64,000 bases of DNA, from assembly GCA_030390025.1 (NCBI GenBank), contig CM059432.1:36706001-36770000 (forward strand). Reading direction: 5' to 3'. Below are positions 51,490-63,651 of this stretch, one piece after another. Position 1 is the first letter of the stretch, and each line of letters opens with the position of its first letter. The position numbers and the translations under genes are program-made. The notes under the pieces are model-generated. The model did not search any database. It was not told the origin of the DNA and saw only the letters and a list, made by a program, of their open reading frames with translations. Origin of the DNA: Squalus acanthias. Taxonomy: Eukaryota.

Positions 51490-54400
51490 TAATTTAGAAA
51501 GTTAAAGAGAAAGGACAGGGCAATAGTGCAGGGTAGTGATATGGGCAATGAAAACCAGAGTGTGACAGGAAGGGACAGAACGTACAAACATAAGAGTGCA
51601 CCAGCAAATAAGGTCAGAGTAGGGAAAAATGATAAAAAGACAAAATTAAAGGCTCTTTATCTGAATGCACACAGCATTCGTAACAAGATAGATGAATTGA
51701 CGGCACAAATAGAAATAAATGGATATGATCTAATAGCCATCACAGAGACGTGGTTGTAATGTGACCAAGGCTGGGAACTGAATATTCAGGGATATTTGAC
51801 ATTTCGGAAGGATAGACAGAAAGGAAAAGGAGGTGGGGTAGCTCTGTTAATAAAGGATGAGATCAGTACAATAGTGAGAAATGATCTTGGCTCGGAAGTT
51901 CCAGATGTAGAATCAATTTGGGTGGAGGTAAGAAATAGTAAGGGAAAGGCGGCACTGGTGGGAGTAGTCTATAGGCCCCCCAACAGTAGCTACACTGTAG
52001 GACAGAGTATAAATCAAGAAATAATGGGGGCTTGTAAGAAAGGTACTGCAATAATCGTGGGCGATTTTAATCTTCATATAGATTGGACAAAACAAATTGG
52101 CAAAGTAGCCTTGAGGACGAGTTCATAGAGTGTATTCGGGACAGTTTCTTGGAACAATACGTTGTGGAACCGACCAGGGAACAGGCTATTTTAGATCTGG
52201 TAATGTGTAATGAACCAGGATTAATTAATGATCTCATAGTAAAGGATCCTCTAGGGAAGAGTGATCATAACATGATAGAATTCCACATTCAGTTTGAAGG
52301 TGAGAAACTTGGGTCTGAAACTAGAGTATTAAATTTAAATAAAGGCAATACAAAGATATGAGGAGAGAGTTGGCTAAAGTGGACTGGGAAAATAGATTAG
52401 AAGGTAAGATGGTAGAAAAGCAGTGGCAGACATTTAAAGAGATATTTCATGACTCTCAACAAAGATATATTTCAGTGGGAAAGAAAGACTCGAAGAGAAG
52501 GATGAACCAACCATGGCTAACCAAGGAAGTTAAGGATGGTATCAAATTGAAAGAAAAGGCATACAACGTTGCAAAGATTAGTGGTAGGCCAGAAGATTGG
52601 GAACATTTTAGAAACCAGCAAAGGATAACTAAAAAAAAGAGGGAGAAAATAGCTAATGAGAGTAAACTAGCAAGAAATATAAAAACTGACAGCAAGAAGT
52701 TCTACAAGTATATAAAAAGAGAGTAGCTAAAATAAACGTTGGTCCCTTAGAGGACGAGAGTGGGGAAATAATAATGGGAAACAAGGAAATGGCTGAGGCA
52801 TTGAACAAATATTTTGTATCTGTCTTCACAGTAGAGGACACTAAAAACATCCCAGTAATAGTAGAAAATCAAGGGGCAAAAGGGAGGGAGGAACTTAAAA
52901 CAATCACTATCACTAGAGAAAAAGTGCTAGGCAAACTTATGGGTCTAAAGGCTGACAAGTCCCCTGGACCTGATGGCCTGCATCCTAGGGTCTTAAATGA
53001 AGTGGCTACAGAGATAGTGGATGCATTGGTTGCAATCTACCAAAATTCCCTGGACTCTGGAAAAGTACCTGTGGATTGGAAAACCGCAAATGTAATGCCC
53101 TTATTCAAAAAAGGAGGGAGACAGAAAGCAGGAAACTATAAGCCAGTTAACCTAACATCTGTCATTGGCAAAATGCTCGAATCAATTATTAAGGAAGTAG
53201 CAGCAGGGCATTTAGAAAATCATAATACAATCAAACAGAGTCAACATGGTTTTATGAAAGGGAAATCGTGTTTGACAAATCTATTCGAGTTCTTTGAGGA
53301 GGTAACAAGCAGGGTGGATAAAGAGGAACTCGTCGATGTAGTGTATTTGGATTTCCAAAAGGCATTCGATAAGGTGCCACATAAAAAGTTACTACTGCAT
53401 AAGATAAGAGCTCATGGTGTTGGGGGTAATATTAGATTGGATAGAGGATTGGCTAACTAACAGAAAACAGAGAGTCGGGATAAATGGGTCATTTTCAGGA
53501 TGGCAATCTGTAACTTGTGGGGTGCCACAGGGATTAGTGCTGAGGCTTCAACTATTTTCAATCTATATTAATGACTTGGATGAAGGAAGCGAGTGTATTG
53601 TAGCCAAAGATAGGTGGGAAAGCAAGTTGCGAGGAGGACATAACGAGTTTGCAAAGGGATATAGATAGGTTAAGTGAGTGGGCAAGAATTTGGCAGATGG
53701 AGTATAATGTGGGTAAATGTGAAGTTATCCACTTTGGTAGGAAGAATAGAAAAGCAAAATATTATTTAAATGGAGAAAGACTACAGAATGCAGCGGTACA
53801 GAGGGATTTAGGTGCCCTCGTACATGAAACACAAAAAGTTAACATGCAGGTGCAGCAAGTAATTAGGAAGGCAAATGAAATGTTGGCCTTTATTGCAAGT
53901 GGGATGGAGTATAAAAGTAGGGAAGTCTTGCTACAACTGTATAGCGCGCTGGTGAGACCACACCTGGAGTACTGCGTACAGTTTTGGTCCCCTTATTTAA
54001 GGAGGGATATACTTGCAATGGAGGCAGTTCAGAGAAGGTTCACTAGGTTGATTCCTGGGATGGAAGGGTTGTCTTATGAGGAAAGGTTGAGCAGGTTGGG
54101 CCGATACTCATTGGAGTTTAGAAGAATGAGAGGTGATCTTATTGAAACATAAAAGATTCTGAGGGGGTTGGACAGGGTAGATGCTGAGAGGATGTTTCCC
54201 CTCGTCAGGGAATCTAGAACGAGGGGACATAGTCTCAGAATAAGGGGTCGCCCATTTAAGATGGAGATGAGGAGGAATTTCTTCTCTTAGCACGTTGTGA
54301 ATCTTTGGAATTCTTTACCCCAGAGAGCTGTGGAAGCTGAGTCATTGAATATATTCAAGGCGGAGATAGACATATTTTTGAGCAACAGGGGAGTCAAGGG

Positions 54401-54517
54401 TTATGGGGAGCGGGCAGGAAAGGCCAAAATCTGATCAGTCATGGTCTCATTAAATGGCAGAGCAGGCTCGAGGGGCCGAATGGCCTGCTCCTGCTCCTAT
54501 TTCTTATGTTCTTATGT
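51490..54517 (+). mobile_element. CR1 LINE with disrupted near-complete ORF2
   Basis: EN and RT motifs spread over many broken ORFs; 3' tail TTCTTATG repeats. Confidence 0.93.
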
Positions 54518-56760
54518 AAGGTGCTTGACATAGTGAGGCTTTAATGAGTAGGAAACAGATTTCCTACCTGTTCCCTGTGTATCTGTCATTGTGAAAATAG
54601 GAGGTGTGCAGAACAGTAGGGTGTGGTAAAAAAATGAAGTTTCAAACTGTCAGGCAGTGGTCTTTCCGAAAACAATTAAACAAAAGTTTGATTAAAGCTT
54701 GCACTGGGTGAGCAGACTCCTGTTTAGATTGTGGTTTCACCAATTTTCCATCCTCCTGTTCTGAAGATACTGACTCTCATTGGGGTGGAGCATCAGTTGG
54801 AAGCGCTCGTGCCTCCGAGTCAAAACGGTCAAGCCCCGCTCCATAAGCCAGGCTGACGTTTTAGTGATGGAGTGCTGCCTTGGTGGAGGTTCAGTCTTTT
54901 GGTTAAATTGAGGCCCTGTTCAGGTGGATGTTAAAGCACCCATGGCACTATTTGAAGAGGAGCAGGGAGTGCTTCCAGTGTCCTGGCCAATATTCATCCC
55001 TCAACCACCACCACCAAAACAAATTAACTAATCATCCATCTCATTTGCTGTTTGTGGGATCTTGCTGTGTGCAAACTAGATGCCACGTGTACCTACAAAA
55101 CAGTGACTGCACTTCAAAAGTAATCCAAAATAGCCTTTGGGTGTCTCAAGGAAGTGAAAGCTGCTCGATCATTCAAGTTCTTTTTTCTTCACTGTTCCCC
55201 TGCCTCTGCCTCACCCAAATGGCCATTCTCATGACAAGGTCGTGGTGACAAGAGTTTTGACTGTTGGGGGCATCACAGCTGAAACCTAATGCTGTCCTCA
55301 GCTGACATGCACACATACACACTTTTCGCAGGGGTCACTAGAAAGCGACTAGAAGGACACAAACCCAGGGTGATCTTTTTTCTTTCACGGGCTAATCCAA
55401 TATTCAGGTCCCAACTGTTGTCTGGTCTGAAATCAGCAAACCCGGCACAGACATAGGGTTGAGCTTTTAGTCCGTAAATAGCCCAATACCACATCAGATG
55501 ATGTCCTAACCCACAAAGGGGAGAGGGGAGCTTTGAGCTATCCTACATTCAGAACAAAATGGTTAGTTGCTCAGATTTCTCTTTTTTTCCCCTCAGTTTC
55601 AGCCAAATATTCATTGCTGTTCAGCAAGTAGTGAGAAAAAAATGGAATTCAAAACAGAAATAAAGACCCACAAATGGTCTCCAAAGAGACTGATTCCACA
55701 TACATATATGGTGTCCTTTGGGCCCACTTCACTGTACAGCTTGCCTACTCAGTTTTCAGAACAAAAGGAGACGTAGGGCACCCTGGTGCAGCATAATCAC
55801 CAACAGAATCACGGGCTATGTTGAAAAGCTCCCTTAATGGTCGGTAAACACAGCACCTGGTGCTGTACTGAGCAGCACAGAATTCTAATGCTCGATCTCC
55901 CATCTCTGGAGCAGTAGCTCGGGTGCTACAATTGGCCTCAGTACTCCTGGTCAAGGAAAAGAGCAAAAGTTATGCCCAATTCCAGTTCCTGCCCACTGGC
56001 CCTTGTTGGAAAGATTGTCTGTGCGCATGCCGTTCTGTATTACTTCTAAAATAAATCTTCTGTGGCCTTTCTCACAGTGATTCAGAGGATATGCTGAAGT
56101 GTTAAGTCTGACAGCTGATGTGTAAACATGTTGGTCACAGCAAGTGTGTGCTGTATGCAAAACTTTTAATATCGATATACACTTCCTATACACAAACCGT
56201 ACTTCTGGTTGTCAAGATTTTTTGTCACGATTTTCTGTCAACATTTACCATTGTAAATTGCAAAGTCAACATAACCTAATTTTGCTGTGTCAACCATCAA
56301 AATGTAGTTGCAGGCCACTAGGTGGATCAAGTTTATGATGTCATTATTCCAACTCTATTGCCATCTTGTGTATAAAAAAGACTTGTATTCATCAACTGAC
56401 CATGAGCAAAACCACAAATGACGGATGGATATATTTTTGGGCCAGAACAGAATCAAGTTCAGCAGTGATGCCCTTCACTATTACTACTCACTGTCCGGGC
56501 TCACAGACAAAGAATGGTCACTTGGGCAAGGCACTGGAGGCCGGCATTCAGGAAAGGAGGAGTAAAATTGGAAGAGGAGGGATAAGGAAGGAATATCAAA
56601 AATATGGCAGAACTGGCCTGATCAATTTGAAAAAGTGATTTTAGAAACAAATGGCAGCAGTGGGTTCTGACCACTGACAATCAAATCAAATCCTACCAGG
56701 AACAATCCACATTGCTCGGTGAAATCACAGTATTGGGCATTTCTGCACAGCCTCTATTAC

Positions 56761-56904
56761 CTAAGTGGACAGACGATCGCTGCCTCTTTATCTGTGTGTT
56801 GAGTTTTTCCGTGAAAGGATCGATCTCTGATTTGGAGGTCGGCTGCCAGTGATCTAGTCGTCGTTTGAAGATCTTTTCCGATGCGTTTCTGCTCTGCACA
56901 TATT
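56761..56904 (-). CDS. KANSL1: KANSL1-family gene, most 5' exon visible
   Basis: tttccccctcag|...TTAG|gtaata, 144 nt, phase 1-1. YVQSRNASEKIFKRRLDHWQPTSKSEIDPFTEKLNTQIKRQRSSVHL joins the 48078 exon in frame. Sequence similarity is weak, so the assignment rests on position and phase. An alternative donor at 56696 is phase 2. Confidence 0.65.
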
Positions 56905-57452
56905 CTGAGGGGGAAATAAATACATTTCACAGATCAGAATAGATGAGGGAGGTCATGTGACTCACCGAGCTCATCCTTTCACAAAAATCTACAATCTCTC
57001 CCATTGCAACATGGGAGACTACCCGACCCAAAGACCCTTCCAGGTCCCCAGAAAATGTATAAATTCAGATTTTGCAACACATCAAGGATGGTAAACTCTA
57101 CATGAGTTTTTCTTTAAATCATATTTTCCTGGTTGAATCTCCTATCTCTTTCTCTCTTCCAATAGCAACTTTCATTTATACAGCACTTTTTATGTATAAA
57201 ACATCTCAAGGTGCTTCACAGATAGGCAGAAGGAAAATGGATGGTGAAGAGAAATTAGGAAGGATGACTGAAAGCTTGGCTGAAGAGAAGGATTTTAATG
57301 AAAAAGGGGTTGAGAGGTTTAGGGAGGTAATTCCAGAGAGTAGGACCCAGGAAGCTGAAAGCTCAGTCACTAATGGTGGGATGAAGGGAGTGGGGTAATG
57401 CACAGAAGGTGAGTTGGAGGAACAGAGTATTTGGGGCTGAGATCAGCTACTT

Positions 57453-57753
57453 CAGAGGCGGCGGACCTGGGTGGAGCAACAGCGGCGAGGCGGCGGCGGT
57501 AAAAGGCGGCAGCGACCAGGTAGGCCCACAGAGGCGGCGGACCTGGGTGGAGCAACAGCGGCGAGGCGGCGGCAGTAAAAGGCGGCAGCGACCAGGTAGG
57601 CCCACAGAGGCGGCGGACCTGGGTGGAGCAACAGCGGCGAGGCGGCGGCGGTAAAAGGCGGCAGCGACCAGGTAGGCCCACAGAGGCGGCGGACCTGGGT
57701 GGAGCAACAGCGGCGAGGCGGCGGCGGTAAAAGGCGGCAGCGACCAGGTAGGC
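57453..57753 (+). repeat. Four near-perfect 76-bp GC-rich tandem monomers at the CR1 5' end
   Basis: Units start at 57453, 57529, 57605 and 57681 (CAGAGGCGGCGGACCTGGGTGG...CAGGTAGGCCCA). Confidence 0.95.
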
Positions 57754-57964
57754 TTTCACCAAGCCGAGAGCAGGAGAGAGGTAAAAAATAATCGAAGTGT
57801 GACGTCACCAGAAAGCAGGTAAGTGATTGGTTGGTGAGTATTTCTCTTTTTTTTTATATACAAAACTTCAATTTTATTGTTTCTCGGGTATCTGTGGTGT
57901 AGCGGATACTGCTGGCATAAATTAACTGAAGGGTAAATAATACATTTTTAATTAATTACATAGA

Positions 57965-58921
57965 ATGGGAGAGCAGGTGATGTGTTACTGCTGCAATATG
58001 TGGGAGCTGGTGGACACCATTGATGTTCACGGTGAACACATTTGCAGTAAGTGTTGGCTGCTCGAGGAACTCCGGCTCCGTGTTGATGAGCTGGAGTCCG
58101 AGCTTCAAACACTGCGACACATCAGGGAGGGGGAGAGTTACCTGGACTCCGTGTTTCAGGAGGTAGTCACACCAATTAGAGTAACTAATTCAGAAGTAGC
58201 CCGTGGTCAGGGACAGGAAGGTGTGACTACGAGTGAGGCAGGTACAGGGATCCAGGAGGTAGTGTTGGAGGAGCCGCAGCCCTTGCTCTTGTCCAACAGG
58301 TTCGAGGCTCTTACTCCCTGTGTGGATAGGAGCGGGGACTGCAGGGAGGATGAGCAACCTGGCCACAGCACCGTGGTAAGGGGGGCCATTCAAGTGGGGG
58401 GAGTAAAAAGAAATGTTGTAGTGGTAGGGGATAGTATCATTAGGGGGATAGATAGGGTTCTTTGCAGCCAAGAGCGAGAGTCCCGAAGGCTGTGTTGCCT
58501 GCCCGGTGCCAGGGTTAAGGACATCTCCTCTGGGCTGGAGAGAAACTTGGAGTGGGAGGGGGAGGATCCAGTTGTCGTGGTCCATGTTGGTACCAATGAC
58601 ATAGATAGGACAAGGAAAGAGGTTCTGCTGAGGGAGTTTGAGCAGCTAGGGGCCAAATTAAAAAGCAGAACCTCGAGGGTAATAATCTCTGGATTACTAC
58701 CTGAGCCACGAGCAAATTTGGCTAGGGTAAATAAAATCAGGGAGTTGAATGCGTGGCTCAAAGACTGGTGTGGGAAAAATGGGTTTTGCTTCTTGGGACA
58801 CTGGCACCAGTACTGGGGCAGGAGAGAGCTGTTCCGTTGGGACGGACTTCACTTGGCCAGTGCTGGGACTAGTGTCCTGGCGAATCGAATAACTAGGGCT
58901 GTGGAGAGGGCTTTAAACTAA
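57965..58921 (+). CDS. CR1 ORF1p: Zn-finger/leucine zipper plus SGNH/GDSL esterase
   Basis: Intact 318 aa. CYCC..CSKC, heptad [36 protein letters not shown]. Confidence 0.93.
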   Translation: MGEQVMCYCCNMWELVDTIDVHGEHICSKCWLLEELRLRVDELESELQTLRHIREGESYLDSVFQEVVTPIRVTNSEVARGQGQEGVTTSEAGTGIQEVVLEEPQPLLLSNRFEALTPCVDRSGDCREDEQPGHSTVVRGAIQVGGVKRNVVVVGDSIIRGIDRVLCSQERESRRLCCLPGARVKDISSGLERNLEWEGEDPVVVVHVGTNDIDRTRKEVLLREFEQLGAKLKSRTSRVIISGLLPEPRANLARVNKIRELNAWLKDWCGKNGFCFLGHWHQYWGRRELFRWDGLHLASAGTSVLANRITRAVERALN

Positions 58922-58959
58922 TTAGTGGGGGGGAGGTTTCAAGAGAGCAAAAAATAAAA

Positions 58960-61910
58960 ATGACAACAGAGAGGGTCATAGACATAGGTAGCAGTAGGGG
59001 AATCACAAATCAGAGCGTGGCAGGAAGGGACAGAGTGTGTGGAGTAAAAGGTAAACTGGTAAAAAGTGAAAAAGCAGGAACTAAGTGCCACAAAGCATAT
59101 TTGAAAGTTCTCTATCTGAATGCACGTAGCATTCGTAACAAAATAGACGAGTTAATGGCACAAATAACTACATATGGTTATGATATTGTGGCCATTACAG
59201 AAACATGGCTGCAGGGTGACAATGCCTGGGAATTAAACATACCAGGTTATTTAACGATCAGGAAGGACAGGCAGGAAGGAAGGGGAGGTGGGGTGGCTAT
59301 GTTAATAAAGGAAGGAATCACTGTAATACAGAGTAATGATATTGGGTCAAAAAATCATGATAATGAAACAGTTTGGGTGGAGATAAGGAATAATAAGGGG
59401 AAAAAAACATTAGTGGGCGTAGTCTATAGGCCTCCGAACAGTTGCAACTCTATTGGACGGAGTATCAATCAGGAAATAGTTGAGGCATGTAATAAGGGAA
59501 CATCTATAATTATGGGGGATTTTAACTATCATATTAATTGGACAAATCAAATGGGGCAGGGCTGCCTTGAGGATGAGTTCATTGAGTGTATTAGGGATGG
59601 GTTTCTTGAGCAGTATGTAACTGAACCGACCAGGGGGCAAGCAACCTTAGATCTGGTCCTGTGTAACGAGACAGGATTAATTAAAAATGTCCTAGTAAAG
59701 GATCCCCTTGGAATGAGTGACCATAACATGGTTGAATTTCATATTCAATTAGAGGGTGAGAAGGTTGGATCTCAAACAAGCGTGCTAAGCTTGAATAAAG
59801 GAGACTATGAAGGTATGCGAGCGGAATTGAGTAGAGTGGATTGGGAAAATAGATTAAAGGGTAAGACGACACATGATCAGTGGTGTACATTCAAGGAGTT
59901 ATTTTACAACTTCCAAAAAAAATATATTCCACTGAAAAGAAAAGGGTGTAAAAGAAAGGACAGTCATCCGTGGCTAAGTAAAGAAATTAAGGATAGTATT
60001 CGACTAAAAACAAGGGCATATAAGGTAGCGAAATCTAGTGGGAGGACAGAGGATTGGGAAAACTTTAAAAGGCAGCAAAAAATAACAAAAAGATTGATTA
60101 AGAAAGGGAAGATAGATTATGAAAGTAAATTAGCAAAAAATATAAAAACAGATAGTAAGAGTTTTTATAGTTATATAAAAAGAAAAAGGGTGGCTAAAGT
60201 AAATGTTGGTCCCTTAGAGGATGAGACCGGGAAATTAATGGTGGGAAATATGGAGATGGCAAAAACACTGAATGAATATTTTGTATCAGTCTTTACAGTA
60301 GAGGACACTAAGAATATCCCAACACTGGACAAACAGGGGGCTATAGGGGGAGAGGAGCTAAACACGATCAAAATCACTAAGGAAGTGGTACTCGGTAAAA
60401 TAATGGGACTCAAGGCGAATAAATCACCTGGACCTGATGGCTTACATCCTAGAGTCTTGAAGGAAGTGGCGGTAGGGATTGTAGATGCATTGGTAATAAT
60501 TTTTCAAAACTCCCTGGATTCCGCTAAGGTCCCGGCAGACTGGAAAACTGCTAATGTAACACCCTTATTTAAAAAGGGCAGTAGACAGAAGGCTGGTAAC
60601 TATAGACCGGTTAGCCTAACATCTGTGGTAGGTAAAATTTTGGAGTCCATTATTAAGGAAACAGTAACAGGACATTTGGATAATCATAATTTAATAGGAC
60701 AAAGTCAGCATGGTTTTACGAAGGGGAAGTCATGTTTGACAAATTTGCTGGAGTTCTTTGAGGAAGTAACATATAGAGTGGATAAAGGGGAACCAGTGGA
60801 CGTAGTGTATTTAGACTTCCAAAAGGCATTTGACAAGGTGCCACACAAAAGATTATTGCTTAAGGTAAAAAATCACGGGATTGGGGGTAATATTCTGGCA
60901 TGGATAGAGGATTGGCTATCTAACAGAAAGCAAAGAGTTGGGATAAATGGTTCATTCTCAGACTGGCAATCAGTAACTAGTGGTGTTCCACAGGGGTCAG
61001 TGCTGGGTCCCCAACTCTTCACAATCTATATTAACGATTTGGAGGAAGGGACCAAGTGTAACATATCAAAATTTGCAGATGATACAAAGATGGGAGGGAA
61101 AGTAGTGAGTGAGGAGGACATAAAAAACCTGCAAGGGGACATAGACAGGCTAAGTAAGTGGGCAGAATTTGGCAGATGGAATACAACACTGGAAAGTGTG
61201 AGGTGATGCACTTTGGCAGGAAAAATCCTAGAGCAATTTATTATCTTAATGGCAAGAAACTGGAGAGTACTGAAGTGCAAAGGGATCTGGGGGTCCTGGT
61301 GCACGAAACTCAAAAGGTTAGTATGCAGGTGCAGCAAGTGATTAAGAAGGCAAATGGAATGTTGGCTTTCATTGCTAGGGGGATAGAATATAAAAATAGG
61401 GAGGTATTGCTTCAGTTGTACAAGGTATTGGTGAGACCGCACCTGGAATACTGCATACAGTTTTGGTGTCCTTACTTAAGGAAAGACATCCTTGCTCTCG
61501 AGGCAGTGCAAAAAAGGTTCACTCGGTTAATCCCGGGGATGAGGGGGTGGTCATATGAGGAGAGGTTGGGTAGATTGGGACTCTACTCATTGGAGTTCAG
61601 AAGAATGAGAGGCGATCTTATTGAAACATATAAGATTGTGAAGGGGTTGGATCGGGTGGATGCGGGGAGGATGTTCCCGATGACGGGTGAGACGAGAACT
61701 AGGGGACATAGTCTTAGAATAAGGGGCTGCTCTTTCAAAACTGAGATGAGGAGGAACTACTTCACTCAGAGGGTGGTAGGTCCATGGAATATGCTGCCAC
61801 AAAAAGCTGTAGAAGCTACAACATTAATTAAATTTAAAACAGAAATAGACAGTTTCCTAGAAGTAAAGGGCATTAAGGGTTACGGGGAGCGGGCAGGAAT
61901 TTGGACATGA
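58960..61910 (+). CDS. CR1 ORF2p (APE endonuclease plus reverse transcriptase) with one 1-nt frameshift near 61167
   Basis: 748-aa and 250-aa overlapping ORFs. This copy reads GCAGAATTTGG where the sister copy reads GCAGAGATTTGG; restoring the G gives about 983 aa. Confidence 0.92.
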
Positions 61911-62624
61911 GTCTAGGTTCGGATCGGTCATGGCCCTGTGGGTAGTGGAGCGGGCCCAGGGACTGTGTAGCCTGATTCTGCTCCTATTTCGTGTGTGCAA
62001 TTCTGTTAGGTTCAGGAGATGGTTCTGTGATAGTAGATTGGCGGTTAGGATCAGATCAGCCATGATCTTATTGAATGGCGGAGCAGGCTCGAGGGGCCGA
62101 TTGGCCTACTCCTGCTCCTATTTCTTATGTTCTTATGTTCTTATGTATGTTCAGCACAGACTAGGAATCGAACCCAGTACCTTCTGGTCTGTATGGCCCA
62201 GCTTCATTTACATTTTTTATCTACTCTTTTCACGCGAAACAGAAGAACTTGCACTTATGTAGAGCCTTTAACATAGAAAAATGTCCCAGGATGCTTCACT
62301 GAAGCATAATCAGACAAAAATTGATACCGAGCCAAAGAAGGAGACATCATGAGGTGTTACGATAAGTATGTTCAGAGGTGGGTTTTAAGAAAGGTCTTGG
62401 AGGATAGAGGGAGGTGGAGAGGTTTAGGGAGGGAATTCTAGAGCTGAGGGCCAAGATGGCTTTAGGCACGGCCGCCAATGGTTGGGACAAACATGTACAT
62501 ATAAAATTAGGGCCTAGCAAATGTCTTCATCCTTATTTGTTTGGCACAAAATGAATCATTTAACCGGGAAGCCCGGCCAAGCAGCAGCTGGCGGTTCAAA
62601 TGCCTCAGAACAAGTTAAATAAAA

Positions 62625-62762
62625 AGCTTCTGATGAAAGGTCATCGACCTGAAACATTAACTCTGTTTCTCTCTCCACAGATGCTGCCTGACCTGCTGAG
62701 TATTTCCAGCATTTTCTGTTTTTATTTCAGATTTCCAGCATCCGCAGTATTTTGCTTTTGTG
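62625..62762 (+). mobile_element. Solo Penelope family B pLTR end with hammerhead-like motif
   Basis: CTGATGAAAGGTCATCGACCTGAAACATTAACT...GAGTATTTCCAGCATTTTCTG. Confidence 0.8.
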
Positions 62763-63021
62763 TGGGTAAAAAGCTTATTCAATGATGCTCAATCCTCACA
62801 TCTACATCTCCATGCCTGAGGAGGCCTGGGTGGTGCAGCAGATGAGAACATGAGTCTCATACACTTGTCAGTGGGCCTGAGTCCAAAGCACAAACCAAAC
62901 CACTAATTTGACATGAAATTGTCAGTCTTAAAGTGTGGAAAGGAGAGGCTGGAATGTTAAGTACTGCTGCAATAGGAGTTGATCCTGTCTGTGGTTAGGA
63001 TTAAGGAAAGCTGTTGTGACA

Positions 63022-63215
63022 GAGGAGAGAGAGCGTTATTCTGTGCTGTACCTGACTTGGTAATGGGGCAATGTAGAGAGAGCTGTACTTTGCACCTAAG
63101 CACTGTTGTACCTGATCCAGGGATGAGGCAGGTTAGAGAGGGGTGTCCTCTGTACCTAACCACTGCTGTACTTGACCTGGGAATGGGGCAGTGCAAAGGT
63201 GTGCTGTACTGGACC
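63022..63215. repeat. Degenerate ~60-bp minisatellite-like repeat
   Basis: Recurring GCTGTACCTGAC..GG..ATGGGGCA.TG.AGAGAG units; related sequence at 63845-63955. Confidence 0.6.
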
Positions 63216-63614
63216 TGAAGAAAGGCTTGAAAAATTGATGGCTTTTTCATTAGACAAAGCAGGTTAAGGGAAGATTTAATGCAGGATTTCAAGATTATGA
63301 ATGGTTTTGAGAGGGTAAACATGAAAGAATGTTTCTACTGGATGACTGATCAGCAAAGAGGGCAGATTCAAGCTCATCACCAAAACAAAGTGTTAAGTTA
63401 GAAGATTTATTTTCATACCAAGTGTTAGTAGAACAGAGAGTGTTTTACAAGTGGCTACTGAAGCAGAGACTAGAAGAAGAAGAATATAATATGACATGGG
63501 GGGAAAGACAGGGAAATGGGATTAGATTAAAGAGCTCAACTTTCATTTATAATAAAAACAGAAAATACTGGAAATACTCAGCAGGTCAGGCAGCATCTGT
63601 GGAGAGAGAAACAG

Positions 63615-63651
63615 AGTTAACGTTTCAGGTCAATGACCCTTCGTCAGAACT
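63615..63651 (-). ncRNA. Minimal hammerhead-like motif, Penelope family B pLTR fragment (63550-63651)
   Basis: Minus strand reads agtt-CTGACGAA-GGGTC att GACCT-GAAACGTT-aact; palindrome AACGTT; stem I agtt/aact. Confidence 0.7.

Larger units (their letters stand above)
57453..62149 (+). mobile_element. Full-length young CR1 LINE, antisense in a KANSL1-family intron
   Basis: 5'UTR with tandem monomers, ORF1, ORF2, 3'UTR and (TTCTTATG)3 tail. Possible 5-bp TSD TTCAG at 57451-57455 and 62150-62154. Confidence 0.96.

Noticed and set aside
55745..55966. Possible additional KANSL1-family exon (acceptor ccttgaccag near 55948)
   Set aside because: No recognisable homology, weak donors, and the flanking exons already join in phase without it.
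57370..57808. Repetitive ORFs in several frames, or a CRISPR-like array
   Set aside because: Contiguous 76-bp tandem units with no unique spacers in a vertebrate LINE 5'UTR; the ORFs are by-products of GC-rich repeats.
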